From Eledone cirrhosa (lineage: Eukaryota): a DNA stretch of 64,000 nt. A program made the translations under genes and the position numbers. The stretch covers positions 36,952,001 to 37,016,000 of the forward strand of contig OZ024747.1 of the NCBI GenBank assembly GCA_964016885.1. The letters are read 5' to 3'. Below, piece after piece: positions 25,746 through 39,204 of this stretch; positions within the stretch are counted from its first letter, which is position 1, and each line of letters starts with the position of its first letter. A model generated the notes under the pieces. The model made no database searches and was not told the DNA's origin. It saw only the letters and a list, made by a program, of their open reading frames with translations.

Positions 25746-28700
25746 ACCATTACTTCCTCTAACATGTTTAACCACTTTATTTTCTGTTCTACATTTTGTA
25801 CAGACACAAATTCCCTTTTGGAAGATGATACAAAATAATAACAAAGCGGAGATCTATGAAAAAGGGATTAACTCATCCCCTTTAATCCTTCCCCGTAAAC
25901 TACAAATTAAATCCATCCCAAACGAATCCGAGACACAAAGACGCCCCACGGAAAGAATGTACTTGATAACATGAAAACCGAAATTGAACTCCTTAAATTG
26001 AGAGCCCAAGCAAATGAAGATATGATCAAATGAATCGACGATTAGATTAATCAAGCAATCATCAATAAAACCAAAGACACCACTCTAGAAAATATTTCAA
26101 AACTATGGTTAGAGGACTGTAATAAGGAAGAATTAAAATCCTTTCAACGTTGGGAAATAAACTTAACCTGGTGTTCTAACTATGAAACACTTTTCCAAAA
26201 AGAACACACATCCAACAACCCCTTCATTAAAAACATAATAACAAGAAGACCCAATCACCACACTAACAACAACAAAAAACAATCCCTCCCCACACACCAA
26301 AAAAACAATCCCTCCCCACATACCAAAAAAGGGAGGTATCACCTCGTCCCTACCTCCTACATCCACCACATAGCTACCACACTGATTCCTCTGCAACAAA
26401 TAAAGTAATAGAGAAACATCAGCTACAAGATAGACATTACAACCACACGAGGCATCCCAACTACTACGACCACCAAATCTCACACCCTATAACAACAACA
26501 GCAGGGCTCAATACAACCACACGATACAACCTAACTTCAACAACCACCACAGTTACACACCCTATAACAACAACTGCAGGGGTCAATACAACCATAAGAG
26601 ACAACCAAACTTCAAGAACCACCACAACTTCCGTAGTCATTTTTTAGACATAGCACACAGACACAGGGTAACGAGATAACACAAAACATAAGGAGACACC
26701 AAATGTATTAATAATCGTTAATTTAACCCCTAAAGAATTAACAACAGATCAAATCAACATACTCTCCAAAGGTCTGAAATTTACACCGACTCCCCAACGC
26801 CCAAACTACCCCAAAATGAAAGAAAATATTGCAGAATTCTGTAGAAAACTAAGACTTAGTGAGCAACTAAATGACTAATACAATGAGGACGACTCAATAG
26901 CCAGAAATAGGCGGGGCCTGCAAGGAAGCCACAGACATTTTAATCAATGTCCCGCCTCCTAATGACCTCAAATTAAGACCCATAATAGCAGGTACCACCT
27001 GTGAAACCAACCGCCTAAGCAACTTCCTAGATATACTGCTTAAACCATTCCTGAAACACATTAAAAGCTACATAAGGGCCGACCTGGATATGCTCAACCA
27101 CCTCCCAATAACACTTAATAATGAACATACCCTACAACCTAGGTATAGAGGCAATCCAATTCTGGCTTGAAAATTACCCTAATGAACTTCCTCATCGCAT
27201 CCCTAAAGAATTCGTGATGGAGGGCCTCAAATTCATCTTGGAGAATAATTACTTCGAATTCGATGCCAAATACTACAGACAGAAATCTGGGACTGCCATG
27301 GGCACGAAAGTAACCCCCTTATACGCCAACCTTGTCATGGAATATTTGGAAACCACTCTCTACCGAAAATTTCTAGACAAATACGGAAAACCCTTCTTCC
27401 TCCACATAGAAAACAACTGGAAGAGATATCTGGACGGCTGCTTCATCCTCTGGCATGAAAGTATAGAAAGACTGATTGAGTTTAAAACACTTCTAAATGG
27501 ACTCAACACAAACATTCAATTTACAATGGAATACAGGTATGAACAACTCCCTTTCCTTGACATCCTCATCAAGAAAACAAACAACAAAATAGAAACAGAC
27601 ATATACTATAAACCCACAGACTCCAAACAATATCTTCCCTTTAACTCGTGCCACCCTCGCCATACCAAAATGGCAATTCCTTATAACCTAGCCAAAAGGA
27701 TCTGCACTATAGTTTCTGATAAATACACATGTTACACACGACTAGAAGAATTAAAGAACACTCTTATCAGCAGAAATTACCCCCTTCCTTAATCAACAAT
27801 GGATTCCAACGTGCCCTAAAACTCAACATCCAGGAACTTAGACACCCCAAACCAAGGAATGAACCGAAACAGAAAATTCTACCATACATCAACACACACA
27901 CACAACCCCCTCAACAATGAGGCATTCAACACCATCCTGCAGAACATTCCTTTACTAAAAAGAGACCCAAGAATGAATAAAATCCCCCAAACACAACATC
28001 TTAAAGAGCAAAAGACAAACTAAATCCATAAAAAAACATCCTCACACAAGCCAATATCCAGACAATCCTCACAATGAATCCTACAGTAAAAAACAATGCG
28101 GAAGACCCAACTGTGGTATATGCATAAATATAATAGAAGGTTCAACATTCCACTTTAAACAAGGACAACTTTTCACAGTTAAATACAACTTTACATGTGC
28201 ATCTGAAAACCTAATCTATGTTTTGACCTGTTCAGGTTGTCGAGAGCACTACATAGGACAGACAAAAAATAGCCTCCGACAACGTATGACCGTCCATAGA
28301 TCACAAATCAAAATACAGGAATACAGAAAGATCGCCAACTGTGCACCTGACCAACTACCAAACTTTAGAATTCTCCCATCTACAAATTCATAGACAACGC
28401 TTCTTTCATCCACCGCACAAATAAGGAAACGTACTTCATTAACAAATTCCAACCCCTTCTAAATGGACTAAACTTCGGACTAAACTAAAACTGGAATGAA
28501 CAGTGAACACTGGAGTCACCCATAAGAGACTATTTTACATCTATTTCTACGCTACCCATATCTCAAATTTCTGTGTTCTCTAAGGAGTTACCTACCTCAC
28601 ACCATGCCTATTCCACTTTCTTTCTCCTAAGAATTACCTCCCCCTGCATATTAATTCTCTAAAAAGGGAAAACATCCAGAAAACACATCCGGCCATTTGC

Positions 28701-29000
28701 CTCCTCAAATCTCGACAAAAAAACAATATTTGCACTGCATGTCTTCAAAAACCATGTTTGTAAATAATATTATTTCCTCTTTCCCACTACCTCCATTACT
28801 TCCTCTAACATGTTTAACATCACCTTAATTTCTGTTCTACATTTTTGTAAAAAAACAAATTCCTTTTTTTTTCTCTCACTCACACAATTTGAAAATGCAT
28901 AAAATGCTGAAACCCGCAATTGTTAATTATTAAAAAAATTAAATTAATAAATAAATTATCTTATGTTATTGTTAATTAATAAATAAATTAATTAATACTT
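25746..29000 (+). mobile_element. Penelope-like element, Neptune-type (RT + Cys linker + GIY-YIG), with direct pLTR repeat
   Basis: ccattacttcctctaacatgtttaac... repeated at about 25747 and 28793; LSKGLKF, GTAMGTK, WKRYLDG, LPFLDI, YYKPTD (ORF 27121-27792); CGRPNCGIC...NLIYVLTC..YIGQT near 28097-28265. Confidence 0.88.
28884..28923 (+). ncRNA. Hammerhead-like motif, U3-A8 variant, degenerate
   Basis: acaat TTGAAAA t-gcat-aaa-atgc-t GAAA cccg CA attgt. Confidence 0.55.
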
Positions 29001-29108
29001 TGACACTTCACAGAAGTAAAATAATTTGTTTTAAACATTTTCTAACCCCGAAAAAGAAAAAACTAACCGGAAAAAAAAATGTTTCTTACTAATAATCGTT
29101 TTTTTCTG

Positions 29109-29189
<81 letters not shown>

Positions 29190-29212
29190 CGACTCCTGTG
29201 TTCCTTCTCCAC

Positions 29213-29254
<42 letters not shown>

Positions 29255-29260
29255 GGATTA

Positions 29261-29304
<44 letters not shown>

Positions 29305-29719
29305 ATAATAATAAATTTGAAGAATAAAATCCAAAGAGGGCTCGATAAGGATAAATATATATCAAATATATAAGAACCGTAGAGCAAAAATGTATTAATA
29401 TATATATATATTCATTTTATTAAGGCTAAATAGTGAGTTTTGTTACACTCGAATTTCCGCTTTCATCACACAGTCATCAGGCGAGAACTCTTGTCTGACG
29501 ACTTTGTTTCTGTCTAGAGTTTGATGAAAAATAAACCGCATTTGGTCATTACATGAGAGTATCTTTGTTAACCTAGGAACTTTTCAGCCAAGCCTCGTAG
29601 CACAGATATAGTAATCGTTGGTTAACTGTTATATGTGCTGCAACTCGTGGATCCACTCTTTGTGTTGCTGTATCTGTATATTTTGTAGTTTACGCAGAAC
29701 TATCCAGTGGCATCACAAG

Positions 29720-29890
29720 TAATTAATGGTTTCTTTTACGGCATAATGCCAACAATTTAAGTGGATTAGAATGTCGATTAACTGAACCCCAGTAATTCAC
29801 TGATACTTTATTTTATCGATCCCGGAAGGCTGATAAGCAACGTAGAATTGACAAGATTTGAACTCAAAACGTAAATGGCCATAGCTATAT
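29720..29890 (-). mobile_element. Diverged tRNA-derived SINE copy
   Basis: Reverse complement of the gagttcaaatc...tcgataaaataaagta.cag motif. Confidence 0.65.
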
Positions 29891-30492
29891 GCTGAAAAGG
29901 AAGGTATGACCAAAGTGAGAATAATAGTCAGAATAAATTAGTATATAATAACGATAATTCTTCATATCAGAAACTCAAAACAATTATATTTATTTATTTG
30001 GTTACATAAACAGTTTTACTTAGAATCACATTAAGAGCGTGTATATTTAAACTACAGATATATTTGAATATACGAAAAGCTGAGACATTTGTCACGCTGT
30101 GCTATACATAGATTTAGTCTGATTAGTTTCACTGGAGTTGTAGCTTAAGGAAACTAGTAATTATTTGCATTACCGTTTTCATTTGAATGTATATAAATAC
30201 GAAATTAGATATTGTCGTGAAAAACGGACTTCTTATTCATGTATGTACCTCTGGGTGTAGCATGTTCTAAGCATTCTTATAAAGCTGGTTTGTGTAAAAA
30301 TAAACATTTAGCAGCATGCTCATATTAATTCGTATGAAATGAAATATTCGGAACGAAAATAGAATATTTAATTTGAAAACAAATTAAGAAAAAAGAAAAC
30401 ACTTATTTATACAAACATACATATTGAATAGGGATGTCATATATAAATAAGCAATATCTACACGCATCACCCAAACACTCAAAAACACACAC

Positions 30493-30523
<31 letters not shown>

Positions 30524-30530
30524 ATATATA

Positions 30531-31048
30531 TAGAGGGGAAAGACACAGGAGAGTGTGTTTTCATTACAGGAGTTTCGCACCACCAGCGTGAGATGAATAT
30601 AAGCTACTAGAGGCATTGGTAAAACATTAAAATTAAAAGTATAATTTGAAATGAAAAACCATCCTCACCTAAATCACACATGTACAGTTCTCACATTTTA
30701 GTTCTCTCTAGTAGTGCAGACAATATCGGCCTTCCACATGCTGATGACCCACCGGGCCGTACTGGAACCCACTAAAATGGCGAAACATGCTCCTGGTGAA
30801 TGTGTACATGTGTGATTTAGGTGACGATGGTTTTTCATTTCAATTTAAACTTTTAATTTTAATGTTTTACCGATGCCTCTAGTAGCTTATATTCTTCTCA
30901 CGCTGGTGGTTCGAAATTCCTGTAATGAAAAACACACTCTTCTGTGTCCCCTCTATATATTGTATTTTAAAGTGCCCAGGATAACTATTTCCTTTGAGCT
31001 CATTTAATTACAGGATTATACGCGAGTCCTTTGCTCCGTTATCTTTAC
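30531..31048. mobile_element. (TA)n-flanked fold-back element (arms about 30531-30686 and 30802-30955, plus about 90-nt tail)
   Basis: Long imperfect inverted repeat; hammerhead between and overlapping the arms. Confidence 0.85.
30735..30812 (+). ncRNA. Type I hammerhead ribozyme motif
   Basis: cacatg CTGATGA ...stem II... GAAA catg..tgtg TA catgtg; 6-bp stem I; first stem II pair mismatched. Confidence 0.7.
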
Positions 31049-31067
31049 TATATATATATATACATAT

Positions 31068-31300
31068 AAGATAAGTTATCCCGGGTTAATCGGGGGTAAC
31101 CACAGTAAGTAAGGTACTCAATACAGTGCTGTGTATAAATATGTAATATAGAAAAGCTTCTACGGGACTAGAACTGTTTCATTCGTGAGATATCATCAGG
31201 AAGCTGACTGTCCAAGTAAATATTTAGTTGGACAGTCAGCTTCCTGATGATTTCTCACAAATGAAACAGTTCTATTCCTGTAGAAGCTTTTCTATATTAA
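31068..31300. mobile_element. (TA)n-flanked fold-back element (arms 31144-31215 and 31228-31299, tail on left)
   Basis: Inverted repeat with a 12-nt loop and a hammerhead in each arm. Confidence 0.85.
31238..31288 (+). ncRNA. Type I hammerhead ribozyme motif (mirror copy on minus strand at about 31155-31205)
   Basis: agcttc CTGATGA tttctcacaaat GAAA cag-ttctattc-ctg TA gaagct. Confidence 0.8.
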
Positions 31301-32063
31301 ATATATATATACATATATATATGTGTGTGTGTGTTTATTATAATCGTGATGCAACATCAGTGATTAAATGCACTCGTTTAAGTGATTTTTTAGCACGATT
31401 CTTTTAAAGCCTTAGAATAACATTTATTTTTTCATGTTGTTCATGTAGTTCGTGTGGTGACACAGATGACGTACAGTATCTGTAGATATATAAGAATGAA
31501 ATTTACCCAGATTCTAATGATATAATGTTAACGATTGTGTTGCATCTTGTTCTTTGGATTTGCTTTGTCTACAGTTACATGTGTAAAAATCTATAAGGAA
31601 TTATTTCTTTTATTAAACATTTAAGTGACTTCTACAGGTAACCTAATTTCAACCTTTCTGATCATCTCATAAAATTCAGACAATTCATGGTCATTAAATC
31701 TAATCCAGGGCTTTCCCACTCCTGTTAGAAGGAGCCCTCACTCGTTGACCTCCTCCACTTCTGCTTGGTTTTAGTCATGTCAGCGGTATAGCCATACACA
31801 TCTTGCTTGACCAATTGCAGGTTGGTGAGGTTATTTAACCCCTATTTGAGGAGGATGGCCTTTGATTCCGAGGAGTTCATCTACCCTTTCAACAGCTCAT
31901 GTTTTTGTTTCTTTTATTTTTTGTTTTTTGTTTTTTGTTTTCTGTGCTTTTGGTGTTCCACTTACCCTCCTCACAAGACAGTGTCTGGTGAGGAAGCTAG
32001 TTTACTGGCCGACAACTCGAACACGAAGCAACATACATATATTTTGTTAATTTCCCCCTTCAC

Positions 32064-32135
<72 letters not shown>

Positions 32136-32139
<4 letters not shown>

Positions 32140-32346
32140 ATTAGGAAGTGAACAACACAAAATATAACCAAAGGTTACTGGATCCCAGTACCAAAGGTTA
32201 CTGGATCCCATACAATATTAATATTTTCTGGGTTCCAGAATCCTTTGATAATGGAGTAGTTATATTTTGTGTTGTTCACTTCCTAATTAAATAGCTCTGT
32301 TCAATAGATAGAGCACTTGTTTTCCATTGCTTATCCTTCGGAATTA

Positions 32347-32348
<2 letters not shown>
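32136..32348. mobile_element. Short fold-back element between (TA)n and (CA)n
   Basis: Arms 32136-32168 and 32259-32291, internal about 23-bp tandem duplication, about 55-nt tail; no hammerhead core seen. Confidence 0.6.
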
Positions 32349-32411
<63 letters not shown>

Positions 32412-32749
32412 AATATATATATAATTTTTATAGAGATTTAACCAACCAAAGTTGTGCAAATCATAACCCATTCAGTCAGCGGTGATTTTGTGTTGCTTAG
32501 GTCCGAAATAAATTTAAAAAAGTGCTATTAAACAGTTAAAAGTTTGGGTTTGTAAAAATTCTAAGCTATTCACTAGAATTATTTGTATGCTGGATTTTAC
32601 GTTGTATGTAAGTTTAATTTGCTTCTGTTAAATGATATTTTTTATATATGTTTCAGGTTAAATTAAAATTATAAAATAAAGAGTAATACCTAAAGAAAAG
32701 TATAACAGTGCAGTAAAGTATAAAATTGTTAAAAAGTGATTTATTGATA

Positions 32750-34218
32750 CTGGGGTACCAGAAAAAGTTCCTCACTTCCCAAACCCAAAAGAAGTCAATG
32801 ACTTGGTCAGGGATATGGGTCTGACCAAGTCCAATGCAGAGCTATTCGTCTCCAGGATGAAGCAGTGGAACTTGGTCAAGGAGGAAGTGCAGGTGACAAG
32901 TGAGAGAAGTCGACACGAACCTTTCTCAGGGTTTTACACTCTTAGGGATGGCCTCTGCTTCTGCCATGACGTGCGTGGACTGTTTGATATTATTGGGGGT
33001 GCCGTTTGTGCCCAAGGAGTGACGGCTATTTATAGACAGCTCCACCACGAGTTTGAAGGCTGTCCTCCTCCACAATGGAAACAAGTTCTCGACACTGTCC
33101 CTAGCTCATTCAGTCTGCCTGAAGGAAGATTACTACAGTGTTAATGTCCTCTTGGAAGCTCTGCAATACAACCAGTACAATTGGGAAATCATTGGAGACT
33201 TCAAGATGGTGGCTTTCCTGCTTGGACTTCCAGGAGGCTTTATCAAATTCCAATGCTTCCTCTGCCTTTGGGACAGCAGAGCCACCTCTGACCACTACAA
33301 AAGAAATAACTGGGAGCAGCGAACAGAATTTGTAGTTGGGACCCGGAACGTCATGTGGGAGCCACTGGTTGATCCCAGGATTGTGCTCATGCCGTCACTG
33401 CACATTAAGTTGTGGTTGATGAAGCAGTTTTTGAAGGCTCTCAACCAAGAATCAGCCGCTTTAAGTACCTTCTTGAGTTCTTCCCCAAGTTATCTGAGGC
33501 CAAAATCAAAGGTGGAATTTTTGTTGGACGTCAGATAAAGAAGGTGTTTGAGTTTACCGAGTTCTCCAATAATCTCAATAGGATTGAGAGAGCAGCATGG
33601 AACTGTTTCAAGGCAGTTGTTAAGGGCTTCCTGGGCAACTACAGAGGTGAAAACTACCAGCAACTGGTGCAGGATCTGATAAAGGCTTTTGGCGCCATGG
33701 GATGCAGGATATTGCTTAAACTCCATATGCTGGACGCTCACCTGAAACAATTCAAGGACAATATGGGCGCCTACTCAGAGGAACAAGGCGAACGATTCCA
33801 CCAAGATGTGAAAGAGATAGAGCGGAGGTACCAGGGCCACTACAATTAAAATAATGATGGGGGACTATATCTGGGGGCTATTTCGGGAATGCGACCTGGA
33901 CTACAACCGCAAATCCAGGAAATCCATGTATTTCTGACGTGTATAAGTTGCTTTATAAGTGTTATTTGTTTTTACTTGTTTGCTTTTGATAAGCTTGTGT
34001 AATAAAATAAATATATACTCTGTTGATTTAATTATATGAACTGATAAATTTTTAGAAAATGTGGTTTTTCTTGAAAAATATGAAAATTTTGAAATATCAA
34101 ACTCCTCACCATAAACCCAAACTTCTATGTAAATAATAGTGTTTTTGTATAATAATGGGATGAAACAAACCAGGAAATGATATTTAGAACCGGGCAACAA
34201 AATATATGTTACACGGTG
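32750..34218 (+). mobile_element. DNA transposon remnant with frameshifted transposase, probably Chapaev3/CMC-type; 3' terminus ...ttacacGGTG
   Basis: NDLVRDMGLTKSNAEL, FIDSS..SLKAVLLHNGN, GDFKMV, CFLCLWDSRA, LHIKL, KLHML..HL, SEEQGERFHQD; 5' TIR not found. Confidence 0.75.
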
Positions 34219-34499
34219 TAATTTCTGTTGCTCACCGTTCTCTTCCTTTTGTTTGATCTTTGCTTGAAAGCACAAAAATCATGTTCACTTTTTGGAAAGA
34301 TTGCACAAAGGATTATTTACTTTCCCTTAGAATTTAGAACTATAAGCTAACAAATCAACAAATATACAGTTAGCATTTTAATCTATATTGAAGCCGATGT
34401 GTGGTTGATCGACTTGAGGAAAAAGCAGTTCACTATCCTCAAAAATCCCTTACTACCGTCTTAGTGATGTCTATAATGTCTGTCTCGAACGCGTAAGCT

Positions 34500-34626
34500 C
34501 ATAAGGCAGGTGTTTATCCTGGTCTCCATAGCGTGAAGTGATTCTGAGTACAAGACTCTACTCTTGGTAGGATGCCAGTCCATCACAGGATTAAACCCCC
34601 AGCTACTGCTGGTACTCATTAGCTGT
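34500..34626 (-). mobile_element. SINE central-domain fragment
   Basis: ggatgccagtccatcacagg...ctggtactcatt resembles the conserved core of metazoan SINEs (recalled, not searched). Confidence 0.45.
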
Positions 34627-35872
34627 AAATTAATATCGTATTGTTTAGGATACAGATGAATAGAGCAGGGATGGTGGTCAGTAATACATTGCTTTTGATC
34701 ATAGTACTGAACAATCTAGAATGATATAGGGCTACACAACATGAATATCAAAAACAAAACAATGGATCTTGTGTAGGAAGCTTCACAACTCAAGAAACAT
34801 ATCTACAGCTATGATGCATGTGTGAGAGAATATGCGTGAACTCTATGTGCAGTTCATTACGACATACGTTAACATATTTGAACGATCACAGCGCTTTTAA
34901 TAGTTCACCTTCGGTTACTATGCGGGTTTTATAATATCATTAGTTTAAAATGCGATATTACCTAACATTTGCAAATATGATAAATATCTTGATTGTAATA
35001 CTATACACGAGAAAAACAAATAATTCCAGACTTCCAAATCAAGATATTGCCTTTATGAAATATTGGAGAAAATTTCTGATATAAACTATAACGTAATCAA
35101 TATATAGATTTCTTAATTTCTATGTAGAATAAGCAGACGAAGTAGATTATATCCATTCATAAAATTCTCATACTTTTCATTGTTGTTATCTGAAAAGTTG
35201 CTAGAACAAATCTGTTTTGAAAAGAGACTCTGGTGATCATAAAAAGGAAAGCACATAAGCACGTGTACGCTATTGTATATATGTATACAAATTATAAAAA
35301 GGAATATAATGTACCCATGAATGCTTACACAAATACATATACATATGTGTCCATTATATACACATGTGCGGCTGCGTTCATATATATATATGTGTGTGTG
35401 TGCGCGCGCGCGTGTAAGTGTGTATGCTTGTGTGTATGTGTATGATGCATGTGAGTGTGTGTGTAGATCCCGAGAAAAATCGCGGGTAACCACAGTTAAA
35501 AACAGTACTCAATACATTAGTAGAGTGTAAACAACATTCTTTAAGTGAAAATTCCCTGGGCATAGCTAATGATTCCATACGAATGAAGCAGATTTAGTCT
35601 TGTATAAGCCATTGCTATATTAAATAATGATCAGTAACGTTGGTAGGGGTCGAAACTGCCAAGGTCCACCTGGATGACAGAGTCTCTGGAGTTATGTGCC
35701 CTTTATTTATATATTTTTTTTGTTATTACTTTTTAAGGTTTCCCCTTAAAAAATTGTTTTCCGTTCGTTGTCTTGTCCTGGCTTTGTATATATATATGCA
35801 TGCTTATCTGCACAGGTACATGCATATATAGACATACCTGGGAATATAGTGCGTTTGTATGTATATTATTAT

Positions 35873-36072
35873 TGGTGGATTGGCAGAATCGGCAGAGTAT
35901 CGGACGCCATGCTTTGCAGCATAGAGTTACGGCCCTTTATTATCAGAGTTCAAATCCCGCCGAGGTCAACATTGGCTTTCATTCTTACGAGGGTCGATAA
36001 AATAAAGTACCAGTTATGCACTGGGTAATTGCTGGGCTTGTGCAAAAAGTACAAACAATTATTATTATTATT
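35873..36072 (+). mobile_element. tRNA-derived SINE (octopus OK-like) with (ATT)n tail
   Basis: A-box-like tggcagaatcgg, B-box gagttcaaatccc, ggtcgataaaataaagtaccag, tail attattatt. Confidence 0.8.
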
Positions 36073-39000
36073 GTTCTTTGAGTTTCAGTCATTGATGTTA
36101 TTTAACTGGAAAGTTTGTTGAAATGAATATCAAGCCGTTACGTGCAGCCTCAGATATTCAGGACGTATTGGAGGGTTCTTGTTGTTCCAAGCAAGCGTGC
36201 CTTTGAAGTGTGCCAAAAAGCGGGGTTGGACTAATCTTCTATAACCATCCTTGGAAACTCTTTGAGATAGAACCTAGTGCGCCTATGACAATCGGAACGA
36301 CCTTGACATCATGGCAGTTCCAAATCCTTTTTAACTCCCATTTTAAATCCTGGTATCGGTTAATTTTCTCCCTCTCCTTTTCTTGCACTCTCTGGTCAAA
36401 TGGGCAGGCTACATCTACAATCAGGCACGCTCTTTTTTCCTTGTCTAAAACCATCAGGTCAGGCCTATTGTATTCCAGTTTCTTATCCGACTGTATCCTG
36501 AAATCCCACAGCACCTTCACCTGATCGTTTTCTATCACCGACTCTGGCTTATGCTCATACCACTTCTCAGAATGTGGTAAATTGTTTACTTTGCATAGGT
36601 GCCAGTGGATCACCCTGCCTATCACATCGTGTCTCCAGCCTTTATAGTGAGTCTGGGCTAGGTATTTACACTCGGATACAATGTGAGCCACAGACTCCTC
36701 TCTCTCTCCACAGATCCTACACAGTGAGTTAGCCTCTTCCTTGTCAATATGGTGTTTCAGCAACTTCGTTCTGAGGGCCTGCTCTTGCGCAGCCATTAGC
36801 ATTGCTTCTGTAGCTTTTATAAGGTCGCCTCTTTTTAACCAATTCAAGGTCTGTGGATCTCTAAATTCCGTTTTCTTAAAGAAGGTACTATGAAGGAAAT
36901 TTTCATGGAGGTTTCTCTTCTTCCGATTTGTTATTTCCTCCTTGGACATCTCCTGGTCTATTGTCTTATCCTTCAGTACAAATTTGAGCATTGGCTCCCT
37001 ACTGTCAGTCACATATTTGTGCAGGTTGTTTTTCTCCATCTAAACACAGTCCTCTATGCTGATAAGACCTCTTCCACCTTCAGATCTCCTTAAGTAGAGT
37101 CTATCGACATCACTCCGCTTGTGGAACATACTGTAGATAGTCAATAGCTTCCTAGTCTTCCTATCCATTTCTTTTTGTTCAGAAATATTCCATTTCAGAA
37201 TTCCCGCACTGTACCTAATAATAGACACAGCTCGGGAACTTACTGCACTTATGACATTCCTACTATTTAGATGTGATTTTAATACGCTCCTTACTCTCCT
37301 TATGTACTCAGATTATATCAATTCCTTCCTTTTTTTGTACTTGATGTCATCTGCCCCTTGAACACCTAAATATTTGTATCCCTCCTCAGTGTCAATTTCC
37401 TTTATCATCTCACCCGTTGGTACCTGGATTCCGTTGCTTCTGCTCAATTTACCCCTCTTCATCACTAGGACTCCACACTTATTAATTCCAAATTCCATAT
37501 CATTGCTGTAAATACGGACAGTGTTAACAAGTACATCCAACTCCTTCTCACGCTTCCCAAACAGTTTAAGATCGGTCATGAAGAAGAGGTGGTTGACGGT
37601 AAGCTCTCCTTTTCCCAACTTGAATCCTGCTCTCACTTTTCGCAATATAATGGCCAGGGGTATCAGGGCAAGGACAACCAGCAGAGGGGACAAACTATCT
37701 CCCTGGAAAATACCTCTCTTGATCTTCACGCCTCCCAAGGATTCTCCACCCGATGTTAGCTCTGTTTTCCGGGACTTCATACTTTTGGTCAACAACTGTC
37801 TAATGTTATCTGCCACCTTGATGATCTCTAGGCTTTTGGTTATCCAAGAATGAGGTACTATGTCGAATGCCTTCTTGTAATCTATCCATTCCATGGCAAG
37901 ACCAGTATGCCTCCTCTTGCAATTCCTCATTACCATCTTATCAATAAGTAACTGGTCTTTTGTACCACGGCACTTCTTTCGGCATCCTTTCTGTTTGTCC
38001 GGTAACAAGTTGTTTGTGGAGTGATGGTAGATTTCCTCAGACACAATGCTTGTTAACAGTTTCCACATTGCGGACAGACATGTGATGGGCCTATAGTTGT
38101 TAACATCATTATTCTTGATTCGATCTTTCATTACCAGAACTGTGGTACCATTTGTCAACTACTTCACCCGGAACCAAGCAGTCATTGATCATGGCTGTCA
38201 GTTTTGGGTGGAGGGATGTTATTCTTTTTATCCAATATCCTTGCACACCATCTGCGTCTGGTGATTTCCAGTTTTTTTGGCCTGCTTTGTAAGAGTTTCA
38301 GCTGTGATACTCAAATCACGTTGTTGTGTGCTTATTCACTAATCTCCTTTTGAACTGTCTCAATCCACAGTGCGCGACTATTATGTTCAACTTACGCTCC
38401 CATATTCCTCTCTAGAATGCCTTAGTCTGTTCAGCCTCAGAGATCAAGCCGTTACTTCTTTCGTTCCATTCAAGCTGTTCAAATAATTATCTCTACTTTA
38501 GGCACAAGGCCAGCAATTACCCAGTGCATTACTGGTACTTTATTTTATCGACCCCGTAAGGATGAAAGGCAAAGTCAACCTCGGCGGGATTTGAACTCAG
38601 ATCATAAAAGGACGTAACTATGCTGGAAAGCATGGCGTCCGACCCTCTACTGATACTGCCAATCTACCGCCCTTCAAGCTGTCAAATAATATCTTCTGGG
38701 TGTTGTCAAACATACGGTTCTCTCTAACTCTGTTCTCATACCGCCTAATCTTTGCGCTTTTTCCTACTTCTGTTCCGCTGTGATAGCATTTAGCTCTTTT
38801 CCCCTAATCTTGTATTTTATTTTCAATCTATCTTTAGTGTCTATGTTGTGTAATGACTCAGGCTTTCCAATGTATTTTCTCATTTCCTTGATTTGACCAT
38901 TCAGTCGTTTCTTCCACCAAGTGTCCGATCTTTCTTGTTTGTTGTTTCCTCTCGTTTTTATCCCAACTACTTTTTTCACCACATTTGCGGTTGCTTTCTG

Positions 39001-39197
39001 GATATTTTTGCATTGGTGAAGGTTTGGGATGACCCTGTTTACCTTAGCTGTCGTTTCTTTTAACTTTTTTCCTGTCTACAGATCTTAGGTTCATAGGCTT
39101 TCCACTACCATTGTTCATTTCATCTACCAATAAGTTCAGGATATCAACAAAATCTTGCCCTTGCCCGTCAGCATTCAATTCCTCAATGGCGGTATCT
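36073..39197 (-). mobile_element. Older diverged family B copy (B3), 5'-truncated, 3' end in the (ATT)n tail of the SINE
   Basis: ORF fragments 36239-37039, 37040-37228, 37313-38158, 38764-38982 homologous to B1/B2. Confidence 0.92.
38488..38672 (-). mobile_element. tRNA-derived SINE inserted into B3 with about 18-19 bp target-site duplication
   Basis: TSD ttcaagctgt(t)caaataat at 38469-38487 and 38673-38690; same family as 35873. Confidence 0.88.
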
Positions 39198-39204
39198 TCA
39201 ATTC

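Noticed and set aside
29440-29485. Minus-strand CTGATGA...GAAA hammerhead candidate
   Set aside because: Stems I-III do not pair convincingly
31980-32025. CTGGTGA...GACA hammerhead-like relic
   Set aside because: Two core mismatches and a weak stem I
35565-35612. CTAATGA...GAAG relic related to the 31238 hammerhead
   Set aside because: Too degenerate to call as a ribozyme, although nearby sequence resembles the 31068 tail
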